Virus record (IMG/VR): IMGVR_UViG_2767802758_000001
Coordinates: 8,410-72,409 of that record
DNA from: a virus
Lineage: Duplodnaviria; Caudoviricetes
Reading direction: 5' to 3' (one strand)
Length of the DNA stretch: 64,000 bases
The notes under the pieces were generated by a model. That model was not told where the DNA came from. It saw only the letters and a list, made by a program, of their open reading frames with translations, and ran no database searches. Shown piece after piece: positions 37,559 to 46,146 of this stretch. Each line of letters starts with the position of its first letter. Within the stretch, counting starts at the first letter, position 1. Position numbers and translations under genes: made by a program.

Positions 37559-37752
37559 AAGTTTATAAAACCATTTGCTTTCAGTTCATGATGGTCAGCG
37601 TCACTTATCCATGGTTGTATTTCCAGCATGATTTCCAGTGGCGCTCTGATGCTGAGATAGAGGCGACGCCGATTCGAGTACTGCGGTATGTTGAAACGGA
37701 GGCCGAGACCTGGGGACGGCTGTGTCGAATTGAGCGCTGATCCTTTAATCAC

Positions 37753-38187
37753 TTATCCAATATTGAATGTCGGTGGTCGATTGTTTTTGCTCACATAGTC
37801 CCAAATTAAAGCCCGTTCAACAAACTTGATGTACGCGTGATTCTGATGGGCGTTATCCAAGTTGACGGGCAGAATGGACACCCATAGATTTTTGGCTTCG
37901 AGGATTGAGGGAAATGACTTGCGAAAACTGACCCCGCCTGAGTGACCGAGGCGGTCGCTCGTACATGACCGCTCAAAGGACGACAGTCTTTTGAGTAAAG
38001 TTTGTCTTGTGGTCTCTCCAATGTAAATTAGCGAGTCTTGGTTTTCCCTGTAGAGCGCGGGTTGATCTTCACTGAGTGCCAACAGGTAAACCCCAGGAGT
38101 TCTAATCCCTTGCATGGCTCGTCGTTCGTGCAGCAGAACCCAGCCGGAAAACTGACTCTTAATTTCGTCAATGGGAATATGGGGCAT
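37753..38187 (-). CDS. GIY-YIG family nuclease
   Basis: PGVY...IYIGET...LLKRL...VERALI...PTFN. Confidence 0.75.
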   Translation of the reverse strand: MPHIPIDEIKSQFSGWVLLHERRAMQGIRTPGVYLLALSEDQPALYRENQDSLIYIGETTRQTLLKRLSSFERSCTSDRLGHSGGVSFRKSFPSILEAKNLWVSILPVNLDNAHQNHAYIKFVERALIWDYVSKNNRPPTFNIG

Positions 38188-38209
38188 GCGTAGGTCAGCC
38201 GCTTGATTG

Positions 38210-38881
38210 TTAAATTGAAGTTGGGTGATCGGTATTTGGTGCTTGATATTTCACATTGCTCATCTGCCGCGTCACAGGGTGCCACAGGAAAGCGGTCTCA
38301 GGCCGCGCAGTGCTCAACAATTCCAGCGCCGATTCGACGTTGGTGTCTGGCGAAGTCCATTCGCGAGCAGCATCAAATGACAGAACAACAGGTCTGCGGT
38401 CGTGAATATCCACCATGCCGCCCGCGCTGGCATCGGTCACAATAGCAAATCCGTGCTCAACATTATCGTCTTTACCTGGCTGCCAGGCCGTGATCGCGGC
38501 CATGAAGAGAGGGGCACCATCTTTACCATGGATGAACCAGGGCTGCTTATCGCCAGTTTCACCTGTCCACTCAAACCACCCATCAGCCGGTACAAGCACA
38601 CGTTTGCCGAGTAGAGCCCGCCACATGGGGGACTTCTTCAAGATTGTGTCCAGGCGGGCGTTGATGACTGGTGGCCGCTTATACCATTCAGGCTTGTAGC
38701 CCCAGAACAAGCGGTCGATTTGATCGCTGCCATCACCAAGCTGGTGGAGGACGATGGGGCGTGTACCAGGCGGCACGTTGTACTTAAGCCCATCTGTCAG
38801 CTTGCCAAGGTCATGCGGGTTCCAGTTCATTGACTCTATATAGTCCACTGGTTCGCGGGCCTGTCTAATTCGTCCACACAT
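38210..38881 (-). CDS. SOS response-associated peptidase (SRAP/YedK, abasic-site protector)
   Basis: Starts MCGR; YNVPP, INARLDT, ADGWFEW, IHDRRP. Confidence 0.95.
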   Translation of the reverse strand: MCGRIRQAREPVDYIESMNWNPHDLGKLTDGLKYNVPPGTRPIVLHQLGDGSDQIDRLFWGYKPEWYKRPPVINARLDTILKKSPMWRALLGKRVLVPADGWFEWTGETGDKQPWFIHGKDGAPLFMAAITAWQPGKDDNVEHGFAIVTDASAGGMVDIHDRRPVVLSFDAAREWTSPDTNVESALELLSTARPETAFLWHPVTRQMSNVKYQAPNTDHPTSI

Positions 38882-38892
38882 GCATGTCTCCA

Positions 38893-39225
38893 TCAAGGTT
38901 TGGTTGCTGGATCTTGCTTGTAGCGCTTTAAGTAGTATGCCATGTCGCCGTCCCGGCCTTGGGTGCGATGAGGGAAGTTGAGCCGGTCTCGATGTTCCGA
39001 TGCACGCATGTACCCCTGAACGGCATTCTCCATTTTGAGTGCTTCAAAGAGCGGGTTTAGCCGGTGCCTGTTCTCGCCCAATCCATTCAAAGGCATGGTG
39101 CCAAGGATAGAGTAGGTAAGTACGGCCAGCTCGCGTAGGCGTTTTACCTCGCGCAACAGGTTCATCACGTCCTGATTGCGCCGGTTGCCTTCTTGGATGG
39201 CTTTCAGTTCGCGGTAGGTAAGCAT
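38893..39225 (-). CDS. LexA-controlled hypothetical protein
   Basis: SOS box 10 bp upstream of the start; MLTYRELKAIQEGNRRNQDVMNLLREV. Confidence 0.7.
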   Translation of the reverse strand: MLTYRELKAIQEGNRRNQDVMNLLREVKRLRELAVLTYSILGTMPLNGLGENRHRLNPLFEALKMENAVQGYMRASEHRDRLNFPHRTQGRDGDMAYYLKRYKQDPATKP

Positions 39226-39234
39226 GGCAAATTA

Positions 39235-39250
39235 CTGTATAAAAAAACAG
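39235..39250. promoter_or_regulatory. LexA (SOS) box
   Basis: CTGTATAAAAAAACAG flanked by palindromic AATTA/TAATT. Confidence 0.85.
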
Positions 39251-39296
39251 TAATTTAGCACTTAACCGCTTGACAAGTGTTACAGCCCATAGACGC

Positions 39297-39320
39297 AAAA
39301 AAGCCCGCTCTATGGCGGGC
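39297..39320 (-). terminator. Integrase terminator
   Basis: GCCCGC-stem hairpin with U6 on the minus strand. Confidence 0.7.
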
Positions 39321-39325
39321 CTTCT

Positions 39326-40309
39326 TCAATCCAGTTTTGCTGCGATGTCTGTTGGTGATTGGCGATAGTAGATCATCAGGCTGCGCGGGTCGCGGTGGCC
39401 GACCATGCGAGCCAACTCTAAAATGTCGAGCTTCTTTGAAAGTCTAGTAATAGCGGTAGCCCTTGCGTCATGGAAGGTCGGGCCAGAAATGCCGGCCAAA
39501 TCACGCCCGGAACGATAATAGACATCAAGTAGGGCTGATGTCAGATCAAACACTTTTTCGTCGTGCACACCCTCCATTGCTTTGAGCAATTCGATTGCTC
39601 GACGCGATAAAGGCACATACCGATCGTCACTGTTTTTGGTGCTGGCCAGATAGGCGGTGCGCTTCTCATAGCTGATGCAGTTCCAGGTCAAGCTGATAAT
39701 CTCACCTGCGCGCATTGCTGTTTCGAGCGATAGCAAAAGTGCCACTGCAGCTTGCTGCCGTCGACTGGCTGGTCTGCCACCGGAATACCCGAGCGCATCG
39801 ACAATTCGTTCTACTTCTCCTTCCTCGAAAATCACCGTGCGCGGTTTGCTTGCTGCTGGCTTGGTCACCTCTGGCCAAGGGTCATGATCAACATAGCCCC
39901 ATTCGCCCTTTTTTGCTTGCTTCCAAATGGCACGCAGCGATCCGATCTCACGCAGAACTGAGGCTGGTTTCACTGACTCTAGACGCCGGTCCCGCCAGGC
40001 AGCAAGGTCCGGTGCGCCGATGTCTTGCATAATGAGCTTTGCAATGTCGTCGCGTTGAATGGCTTTCAGCCTGAGTATTTCCTTGTCTCCACTGGCCTTG
40101 GTGGGGCTCACTTGAGTGATGTATCTTTCCAACACATCGTGCAATGTCCAGCGGATAACCTTGCCGGCTCGCATGGCTGTAATTTCGGCCTCACGCTTGG
40201 ATGCCCATTCTTGGGCTTCTCTTTTGGTGGGGAAGGTCGCGCTTTCTCTGAGCCCTTTTTTAACGATCTCAGCGCGCCACCCGTTGCCGCTCTTTCTAAA
40301 CGAAGCCAT
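39326..40309 (-). CDS. int: Tyrosine integrase with arm-binding N-terminus
   Basis: AMRAGE, TKN, FHDARAT, GHRD, IYY catalytic motifs. Confidence 0.95.
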   Translation of the reverse strand: MASFRKSGNGWRAEIVKKGLRESATFPTKREAQEWASKREAEITAMRAGKVIRWTLHDVLERYITQVSPTKASGDKEILRLKAIQRDDIAKLIMQDIGAPDLAAWRDRRLESVKPASVLREIGSLRAIWKQAKKGEWGYVDHDPWPEVTKPAASKPRTVIFEEGEVERIVDALGYSGGRPASRRQQAAVALLLSLETAMRAGEIISLTWNCISYEKRTAYLASTKNSDDRYVPLSRRAIELLKAMEGVHDEKVFDLTSALLDVYYRSGRDLAGISGPTFHDARATAITRLSKKLDILELARMVGHRDPRSLMIYYRQSPTDIAAKLD

Positions 40310-40440
40310 TTGCGTAATCCCCTGCGTAATATTTGCGTAGAGAGATTAACAAATTTGCGTAAACTTGTTTGCTTTGGTTTGTTTTGGAGTGCCTGCAGGC
40401 ACCGCTTACGCCCTATGATTGTTTGCGTATGTTTGCGTAA
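40309..40440. repeat. TGCGTA(A) repeats, probable integrase arm-type sites
   Basis: Six direct copies (40309, 40322, 40332, 40354, 40422, 40432) and one inverted (about 40405) between int and the tRNA. Confidence 0.7.
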
Positions 40441-40465
40441 GCTGGTGCATGCAGTGAGTATGAGG

Positions 40466-40544
<79 letters not shown>

Positions 40545-40709
40545 AACAAGTCCGCAATTATTACATAAAGTCCGTGTTTATGCCTAGCGAAGCTGCGCGC
40601 AACGCAAGAGATGGGGGCGTCTGGGAAGCCAACCGTATTTGCTCGCGATTGGTAGCACCTTGTTGTTTATCCTTGGAGGACAATGGGTGCGTCTGAAATC
40701 CAGAGAATA

Positions 40710-40868
40710 ATGATGAAAACACTGTTTTTAGCCCTGACCCTGACATCCATTCTTTCTGCCTGTGCTGTTCATACCCCCAGAGGTTCTGTCATTGTGGATC
40801 CAGATGGGCACGGCGGATATGGTCAGCGCCACTGTCCACCCGGCCAGGCGAAAAAAGGCAATTGCTAA
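40710..40868 (+). CDS. Small lipoprotein with CPPGQAKKGNC motif
   Basis: Lipobox LSAC and conserved C-terminal motif. Confidence 0.75.
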   Translation: MMKTLFLALTLTSILSACAVHTPRGSVIVDPDGHGGYGQRHCPPGQAKKGNC

Positions 40869-40890
40869 GCAAGCACTTCAGTCGGCATTT

Positions 40891-41211
40891 TTATTTGCGT
40901 TGATAGCGCTTGCTACCTGTGCTGGTTTCGCAATAGCGGCCCCCACGCGGGCCCGTGCAATAGGTGCCACTGGCACATGTGCAAGCGCTGTTTGACAGCA
41001 GCGTTTGTGGAGCCGATGGCGAACTTCGTCCTGTTGTACCGATGTACGCGGGGCAAGATCGTTTACTGCCGCTGGCAGAACCATCACGGCATACAAAAAC
41101 CTCCCCCTCGCAATGGGAGATACCGCCTTTTTTGCCTGAACAGGGGGTATTTCGTGCCTGTGTATCGAGAGGTAGCAGTGCCATGATCAGGCACAGGAAC
41201 AAGCATTTCAT
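40891..41211 (-). CDS. Secreted Cys-rich protein (YdcA-like)
   Basis: Signal peptide; NTPCSGKKGGISHC and CTGPRGGRYC. Confidence 0.75.
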   Translation of the reverse strand: MKCLFLCLIMALLPLDTQARNTPCSGKKGGISHCEGEVFVCRDGSASGSKRSCPAYIGTTGRSSPSAPQTLLSNSACTCASGTYCTGPRGGRYCETSTGSKRYQRK

Positions 41212-41330
41212 TTTTGTCTCACGCGCCAGGGACGAGCTTGAACCCCCGATGGTTTTGCCATAGAAAGAGCGTTGAAAATACATTTCTTTTTGTGCTCTGC
41301 TGTAATAGCTATTTTATTTTGGATGATGTC

Positions 41331-41597
41331 ATGCGAATCGTAATGCTTTTCCCCGCTTTATTATTAGCCGCTTGTCAAACGATGGCGCCCACCGAGGCAG
41401 TTGGCAGCCAAGCATGGTTGGAACAGGTGGATCGCCAATTGGCTGTTTCAGATGGCCAAGGCCATGGTCCTGATTATGGCTCGCAGGAGTGGTGCAACGT
41501 GGTCCATTTTCGTTTGTACGGGAAAGCTTCTGTAGAGCCCGTACCTTGCGACCAGGCCTGGATGGAGAAGGTCAATCAGGAAATGAAAAAGCGTTAG
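41331..41597 (+). CDS. Small lipoprotein
   Basis: Lipobox LAAC; DGQGHGPDYGSQEWC. Confidence 0.7.
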   Translation: MRIVMLFPALLLAACQTMAPTEAVGSQAWLEQVDRQLAVSDGQGHGPDYGSQEWCNVVHFRLYGKASVEPVPCDQAWMEKVNQEMKKR

Positions 41598-41633
41598 GCC
41601 GCGCCACGCCGGGTAGGCCGCGCAGTCAGTGGC

Positions 41634-42323
41634 TTATGACCGGCGATAGTATTTCCGGTGTTCCACCATGGTGCCGATAATTTCAATGGCATGCTGGTCG
41701 CTGCGAATGGACGGGTAGTCTTCGTTCAGCGGCACCAGTTCAAAGATTTCTTGCCCGCCTTCATCAATGCACAGGAGGCGGTATTTCTTGAAAGTGGCTT
41801 CTTCTTCACTATTTTTGGCGACGACATAATCACCGGGGCGGGGCGTGAGCTCGCAATCAACAATAATTCGGTCGCCTTCCTTGAAGTCCGGCAACATGGA
41901 GTCGCCCTTGATCTGCAGAGCAAAAGAGCGCTCGGACAGGCACAGATCTGTCAGCAGATACTCTACCTCTTCAAACGTGAAGTTCTGGCCCGGGTCTCGA
42001 AAGACACCTGCCTGCACATAGTTGAGCAGGGGAATGCGCCGCTCGCCCATCATGGCGTTTTGCACGTTGGAGTCAAAATCACGCTTGGCACCATAGCCAT
42101 AGCCTTGTTGATCCAGGCTATGTGCTTCCAGACCCACTTCTTTTTCTATGGCGCGCGCCACTCGTTCGCCAATGCTGCGCCCGCCGTTGTAGGTGGATGA
42201 CAGGTACTGGGCCAACTGCGCCCGTGTGCGCCCAATAGAGCGCGCAAAGTCAGCCGCGTTGCCGTGAGCGCGGTCTTCAATTAGGCGTTGCAGGTTTCTG
42301 CGGCGAATCGAGTAAATATCCAT
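41634..42323 (-). CDS. cI: CI repressor with S24 autopeptidase (RecA-cleavable)
   Basis: N-terminal HTH; VQAG cleavage site; KGDSM (Ser) and ATFKKY (Lys). Confidence 0.95.
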   Translation of the reverse strand: MDIYSIRRRNLQRLIEDRAHGNAADFARSIGRTRAQLAQYLSSTYNGGRSIGERVARAIEKEVGLEAHSLDQQGYGYGAKRDFDSNVQNAMMGERRIPLLNYVQAGVFRDPGQNFTFEEVEYLLTDLCLSERSFALQIKGDSMLPDFKEGDRIIVDCELTPRPGDYVVAKNSEEEATFKKYRLLCIDEGGQEIFELVPLNEDYPSIRSDQHAIEIIGTMVEHRKYYRRS

Positions 42324-42347
42324 ATTCAACATTAAAACAAGAAAAAA

Positions 42348-42385
42348 CTAAACATTGGTTTAGATATTTCTTTTCTTTACGTTTA
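42348..42385. promoter_or_regulatory. Operator region of element 2
   Basis: Palindrome CTAAAC-ATTG-GTTTAG and near-palindrome TTCTTTACGTTTAGAA; TTAGATATTTCT recurs inverted at 42586-42597. Confidence 0.55.
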
Positions 42386-42405
42386 GAACTATCTATACTC
42401 AACAC

Positions 42406-42597
42406 ATGAACGCTAAACACATCATCGAAGAAATGGGCGGTCGCCGAGCCGTACTGCGTATCACAGGCTTGAGCAAAGGCCGCATATCTCAATGGGAGAA
42501 GGCCGGTGTCATTCCTCGCGTTTGGCAACTGGTGTTCCATCACATGAACCCGGTGGTGCCTGCCCCAGCACCCAAAGAAAGTTCTAGAAATATCTAA
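42406..42597 (+). CDS. cro: Cro-like protein
   Basis: IIEEMGGRRAVLRITGLSKGRISQWEKAGVIP. Confidence 0.85.
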   Translation: MNAKHIIEEMGGRRAVLRITGLSKGRISQWEKAGVIPRVWQLVFHHMNPVVPAPAPKESSRNI

Positions 42598-43033
42598 GCA
42601 TTCAAGATGGGGTTGGCTTGTAAGCCGAACCTGACAGATCGGCTGTGTCATGGGGTGACACAGTTCTTGTGCCCTTGGGGCATTGCCTATTAATCGGATG
42701 TTCTTGGCCTGTTGGGGTCAGGGGTCCTGCTGCGCGCCACATGTTTGCAAACAGATCTCAGGCGTGTGGCATTTCATTCCGGGATGCCATGAAAAAACAT
42801 ATTGAAAGCCACTGGCCGCAGGCGATGGGGTCGCCGCCCAAGCAGCTTGTGTCAGAACCAATCGCTGTACAGCCTTTGCCGTTGCTCAGGCAGGTCGTGC
42901 CGAAGGGCCAAGCCCTTGTCCGACTGGTTTATCGCCCGGGTATGCCGTCTTGTCACCCAGCCCGACAGAAACTGGGAGTGCAGCCTGTGTGGGCTTGGGC
43001 ACAGCAGAACGTAAAACAGGATGGAGCGTGCCG

Positions 43034-43831
43034 ATGAGCAATATGCCGTGGTTTCGTGCCTACACCGAGATGGTGGATGACGAGAAGTTGCGTCTACTGG
43101 CTTTTGAGGACAGATGGCACTACGTCGCCTTGCTGTGTCTGAAGGGGCAGGGCGTGCTCGACAGTGGGGACACCCTGATGCTGCGCAAGGTGGCCGTCAA
43201 GCTGGGTCTGGACCTGCGCACCTTGGATGATGTCGTGCGTCGTTTAAGCGAAGTGGGCTTGATCGACCCAGAGACTTTGCAGCCCTTGGCGTGGGACAAG
43301 CGTCAGATGAAATCTGACAGCAGCGCAGAGCGCGTGGCGCGCTTTCGGGCCAGAAAAAAGCAGGAACAAGACGGTAAGGAGGGCAGTAGCGCGCCCGTAA
43401 CGTTACCGAAACGGCCAAGTAACGCGCTAGATAAAGAGACAGATAAAGAAGGAGAGACAGATACAGAAAAAGATAAAGAAAAAACAAATGCGCGGCGCAA
43501 GGCTCCGGCGCTGGAGTTCTCTGCCTGGCCTGCTGAGCCCAGTGCAGAAGTGGTCGCGGATTATCTGCGCCATCGTCGCGAGATCAAAGCTCCCTTGACG
43601 CAAACCGCCTTGAATCGCCTGGGCGCCGAGGCCCACCGGGCGTTGGAGATGGGTTACAGCGTCGATGACTTTCTGGCCGAGTGCATGTTGCGTGGCTGGC
43701 GTGGGGGCAAGGCTAGTTGGCTGGAAGGGCGTAATGAGTCCCGTGCAGGGCAAGCATCGGGTTTTGACCCCCTGGCCTATGTGAACCGTCATCGGCAACG
43801 CGAGGAGATAGACGATGTCATCGATGTCTGA
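43034..43831 (+). CDS. Replication initiator (O-like, DnaT-like C-terminus)
   Basis: MPWFRAYTEMVDDEKL N-terminus, charged repeat linker, CMLRGWRG. Confidence 0.85.
   Translation: MSNMPWFRAYTEMVDDEKLRLLAFEDRWHYVALLCLKGQGVLDSGDTLMLRKVAVKLGLDLRTLDDVVRRLSEVGLIDPETLQPLAWDKRQMKSDSSAERVARFRARKKQEQDGKEGSSAPVTLPKRPSNALDKETDKEGETDTEKDKEKTNARRKAPALEFSAWPAEPSAEVVADYLRHRREIKAPLTQTALNRLGAEAHRALEMGYSVDDFLAECMLRGWRGGKASWLEGRNESRAGQASGFDPLAYVNRHRQREEIDDVIDV
43397..43487 (+). repeat. Origin-like repeats inside the element 2 initiator
   Basis: GTAACGTTAC palindrome, second GTAACG, and three AGATAAAGA copies in a purine-rich tract. Confidence 0.55.
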
Positions 43832-44522
43832 TTTTTCTAACCCCTGGCTGCTGCGTCACACCAAGCTGGAAGGCATCAGCCTGATGGACCATTTGTACAA
43901 CCGGCTCAATGGCATTTATCCCAACAAATTCCGCTCCAACTTCCGCGACAAGCAAGCCATTGAAGACTGGAAGCAAGCCTGGGCCGAGGCCTTTGATGAA
44001 GAGGGCGTCTCGCCCACGGATGTGGCACTGGGCATCAAGAATTGTCGCCGCATGTTCGATTGGCCACCCAGCTTGCCGGAGTTCTTGCGGGCCTGCCGTC
44101 CTCAACTGGAACCAGAGACTGCCTTTTTTCAGGCCGTGCGTGGCATGCAGGCACGGGTGCGAGGAGAAATGGGCGAGTGGTCGCACCCGGCGATCTATTA
44201 CGCGGCAATCAGTATCGGGCAGTTTGATTTGCTGAATCAGGCTTACACGCAGCTGGAGCAGCGTTGGCACAAAGTTCTGGGCGATCAACTGGCCAAAGGG
44301 CAATGGCCAGAAATCCCGCCGCCCCGATTGGCTTTGTCTTCACCACAAGACAGAGAGCAAGGCCGTCGGGAAGGACAGCGACGCGTACGCGATCTGGCCC
44401 AGGTTATTTCAGGCGACAACAACAAGGACCCGCGAGTCTGGGCGAACCGGATCTTGGCGCACCCCCAAGAGCGTTCTCTGGCGGTGCTGAAAATGGCTAA
44501 AGCCGCCTTGGGCAAGGAGTGA
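43815..44522 (+). CDS. Replication protein P-like (helicase loader)
   Basis: WKQAWAEAF...WPPSLPEFLRACRP; WSHPAIY. Confidence 0.8.
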   Translation: MSSMSDFSNPWLLRHTKLEGISLMDHLYNRLNGIYPNKFRSNFRDKQAIEDWKQAWAEAFDEEGVSPTDVALGIKNCRRMFDWPPSLPEFLRACRPQLEPETAFFQAVRGMQARVRGEMGEWSHPAIYYAAISIGQFDLLNQAYTQLEQRWHKVLGDQLAKGQWPEIPPPRLALSSPQDREQGRREGQRRVRDLAQVISGDNNKDPRVWANRILAHPQERSLAVLKMAKAALGKE

Positions 44523-44525
44523 GTT

Positions 44526-44849
44526 ATGGATCTGACAACACCGCTTCATCAAAAAGTGCGTAGGCCTATCACCGGAACACCGGCCCATCGCTACAAGGAG
44601 CTACGGGTTTTGCAGCAGCGCGGACAGATCAGGCAATTGGTACAGCAACCATCCTGGAGCCTGGTGCCCCGGTTTTTCAGCCACCTGATGCCTGCCAGCA
44701 GGATTTGCTACATCGCGGACTTTGCCTACACGGATAGCAGGAGCGGCCGTCGCATTGTGGAGGTAGGCCGCCATACACACAGTCTGTTTCAAGGTATCAA
44801 ACGTGTCTTGCTGACCTGGATGCACGGCATCACCGTCCAGCGTGCCTGA
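44526..44849 (+). CDS. Degenerate DUF1064 homolog, catalytic motif lost
   Basis: Aligns to 11695-12030 (YIADFAYTD, HGITV) but EDAKG is replaced by EVGRH. Confidence 0.7.
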   Translation: MDLTTPLHQKVRRPITGTPAHRYKELRVLQQRGQIRQLVQQPSWSLVPRFFSHLMPASRICYIADFAYTDSRSGRRIVEVGRHTHSLFQGIKRVLLTWMHGITVQRA

Positions 44850-44862
44850 AGGAGGAGTACAC

Positions 44863-45243
44863 ATGACAATCAAAGCAGAAAACAAACAGGGCCTAAGCGG
44901 CGATGATCTGCTCTGGAACTGGGCCCGCTGGTGCTGGTCCGGGCAGACAGTGGGCAATATGGAGCGCTACGTTCCCTGGCAAGAGGACTTTCGGCCCATA
45001 CACCAGGACCATGCTCTGGCGGTGGATGCCTTGTACCAGCGCCTGCCGCACTATCAAGCCATGGTCATACAGGCCGAGTACCCACGCAAGAATGCCCAGT
45101 ACGGCCATCTGACCGCCAGCGAACGTCAGGCCACAGCCCGTTTGTGGATCAAAAAGGTGACTGGTGCGGTCCTTCGGGATGAAGACTACCGCCGCCATTT
45201 GATGGATTTCAGAATCACAGTCGAGAAGGAGATTTTGCGGTGA
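44863..45243 (+). CDS. Q-like late gene regulator
   Basis: Close paralog of 12180-12539; GGAGGAG RBS. Confidence 0.65.
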   Translation: MTIKAENKQGLSGDDLLWNWARWCWSGQTVGNMERYVPWQEDFRPIHQDHALAVDALYQRLPHYQAMVIQAEYPRKNAQYGHLTASERQATARLWIKKVTGAVLRDEDYRRHLMDFRITVEKEILR

Positions 45244-45488
45244 AGTATGCAGCCGAAGTCATAGACCTGTTAGCGGCCTATCCGGGACGAGAGTTCCGCA
45301 TGATTCAGATTGTGCGGCATGTCAGCAAAGGCATGGATCTGTCCACTGCACAACGCAACGCCATGCGCGAAGGCGTCAAGCGCGTGCTGGTGCAACTGCA
45401 GGATTCAGGCCAGGTGGACAAGATCAAAGAGGGCGAAACCTCTGCCTTTTACGCGTGGCGTTGCAGTCTGCAACATGGCCCGCTATGA
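45240..45488 (+). CDS. Winged-HTH protein
   Basis: Paralog of 12536-12844 (MKYAAEVIDLLAAYP). Confidence 0.7.
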   Translation: MKYAAEVIDLLAAYPGREFRMIQIVRHVSKGMDLSTAQRNAMREGVKRVLVQLQDSGQVDKIKEGETSAFYAWRCSLQHGPL

Positions 45489-45546
45489 ATCTGCAAGCAC
45501 AATTGCAATAATGGGCGTGCAAAGTTGCGTCCAATGCAAACGAAAC

Positions 45547-45580
45547 AACCCCGAGCAAGAAATTGCGGCGGGGTTTTTTT
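45547..45580 (+). terminator. tR'-like terminator before the tail operon
   Basis: AACCCCG...CGGGGTT followed by T run. Confidence 0.6.
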
Positions 45581-45658
45581 ATGCCTGGTCACAGCAACCT
45601 ATAGTCGTCGATTCGCCATCGGGAAGATGGCCAGGACCGTTCAGGAGAACTACACAAG

Positions 45659-46078
45659 ATGAACTTTGAACAGATCAGTAACGCCATTATTGATCGAATG
45701 GCGGCATTGACCGGGATTGCTCAGGAGTGCATCGAGTACCCCAATGCTCACGCGGCCTTTATCCCGCCGGATACGGGTGTCTGGTGCCGTTTGCTGATCA
45801 AGAATACCGACTCGGAAATGTCGGGCATGGGTGCGAAACCCTACACCCGCAAATCCGGCGAGATTCTGATCGAGTGCTTTGATCGTTTGGGTCAGGGGCG
45901 TCAGGAACTGGATCGCCTGAGCGATGCCCTGGATGAACACTTTTCCTTTTGGTCTGAGGGGGCGTTGGAATGCCTGGGCCTAAGCCATGTCGATGTAGCG
46001 GCGGATGACCCGCAAAAACGGCCACAACGAGAAGAGTTCTACCAGATCAACCTGACCGTCCCGTTCCGGGCTGGTTAA
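45659..46078 (+). CDS. Tail terminator-like protein
   Basis: IEYPNA...FIPPDTGVWCRL...YQINLTVPFRA; AGGAG RBS. Confidence 0.75.
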   Translation: MNFEQISNAIIDRMAALTGIAQECIEYPNAHAAFIPPDTGVWCRLLIKNTDSEMSGMGAKPYTRKSGEILIECFDRLGQGRQELDRLSDALDEHFSFWSEGALECLGLSHVDVAADDPQKRPQREEFYQINLTVPFRAG

Positions 46079-46146
46079 TTTTTTACCTGTTTTTTGTGCC
46101 GACCTCGCGTCGGTTTTTTTTTGCCTGCATACAGGAGAGATGCATT

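Larger units (their letters stand above)
1..40465. mobile_element. Prophage 1: lambdoid siphoprophage, left end outside window, integrated at the 3' end of tRNA-Ile2
   Basis: Ordered early-left, cI/cro, replication, Q, terminase-portal-capsid, tail, lysis and integrase modules ending beside a tRNA 3' end. Confidence 0.95.

Noticed and set aside
40309-40440. CRISPR-like array
   Set aside because: Repeats are 7-9 bp with irregular spacing beside an integrase, fitting arm sites; no cas genes
42645-43037. ORF between cro and the initiator as a cII homolog
   Set aside because: No HTH pattern or clear RBS; may be a decayed remnant
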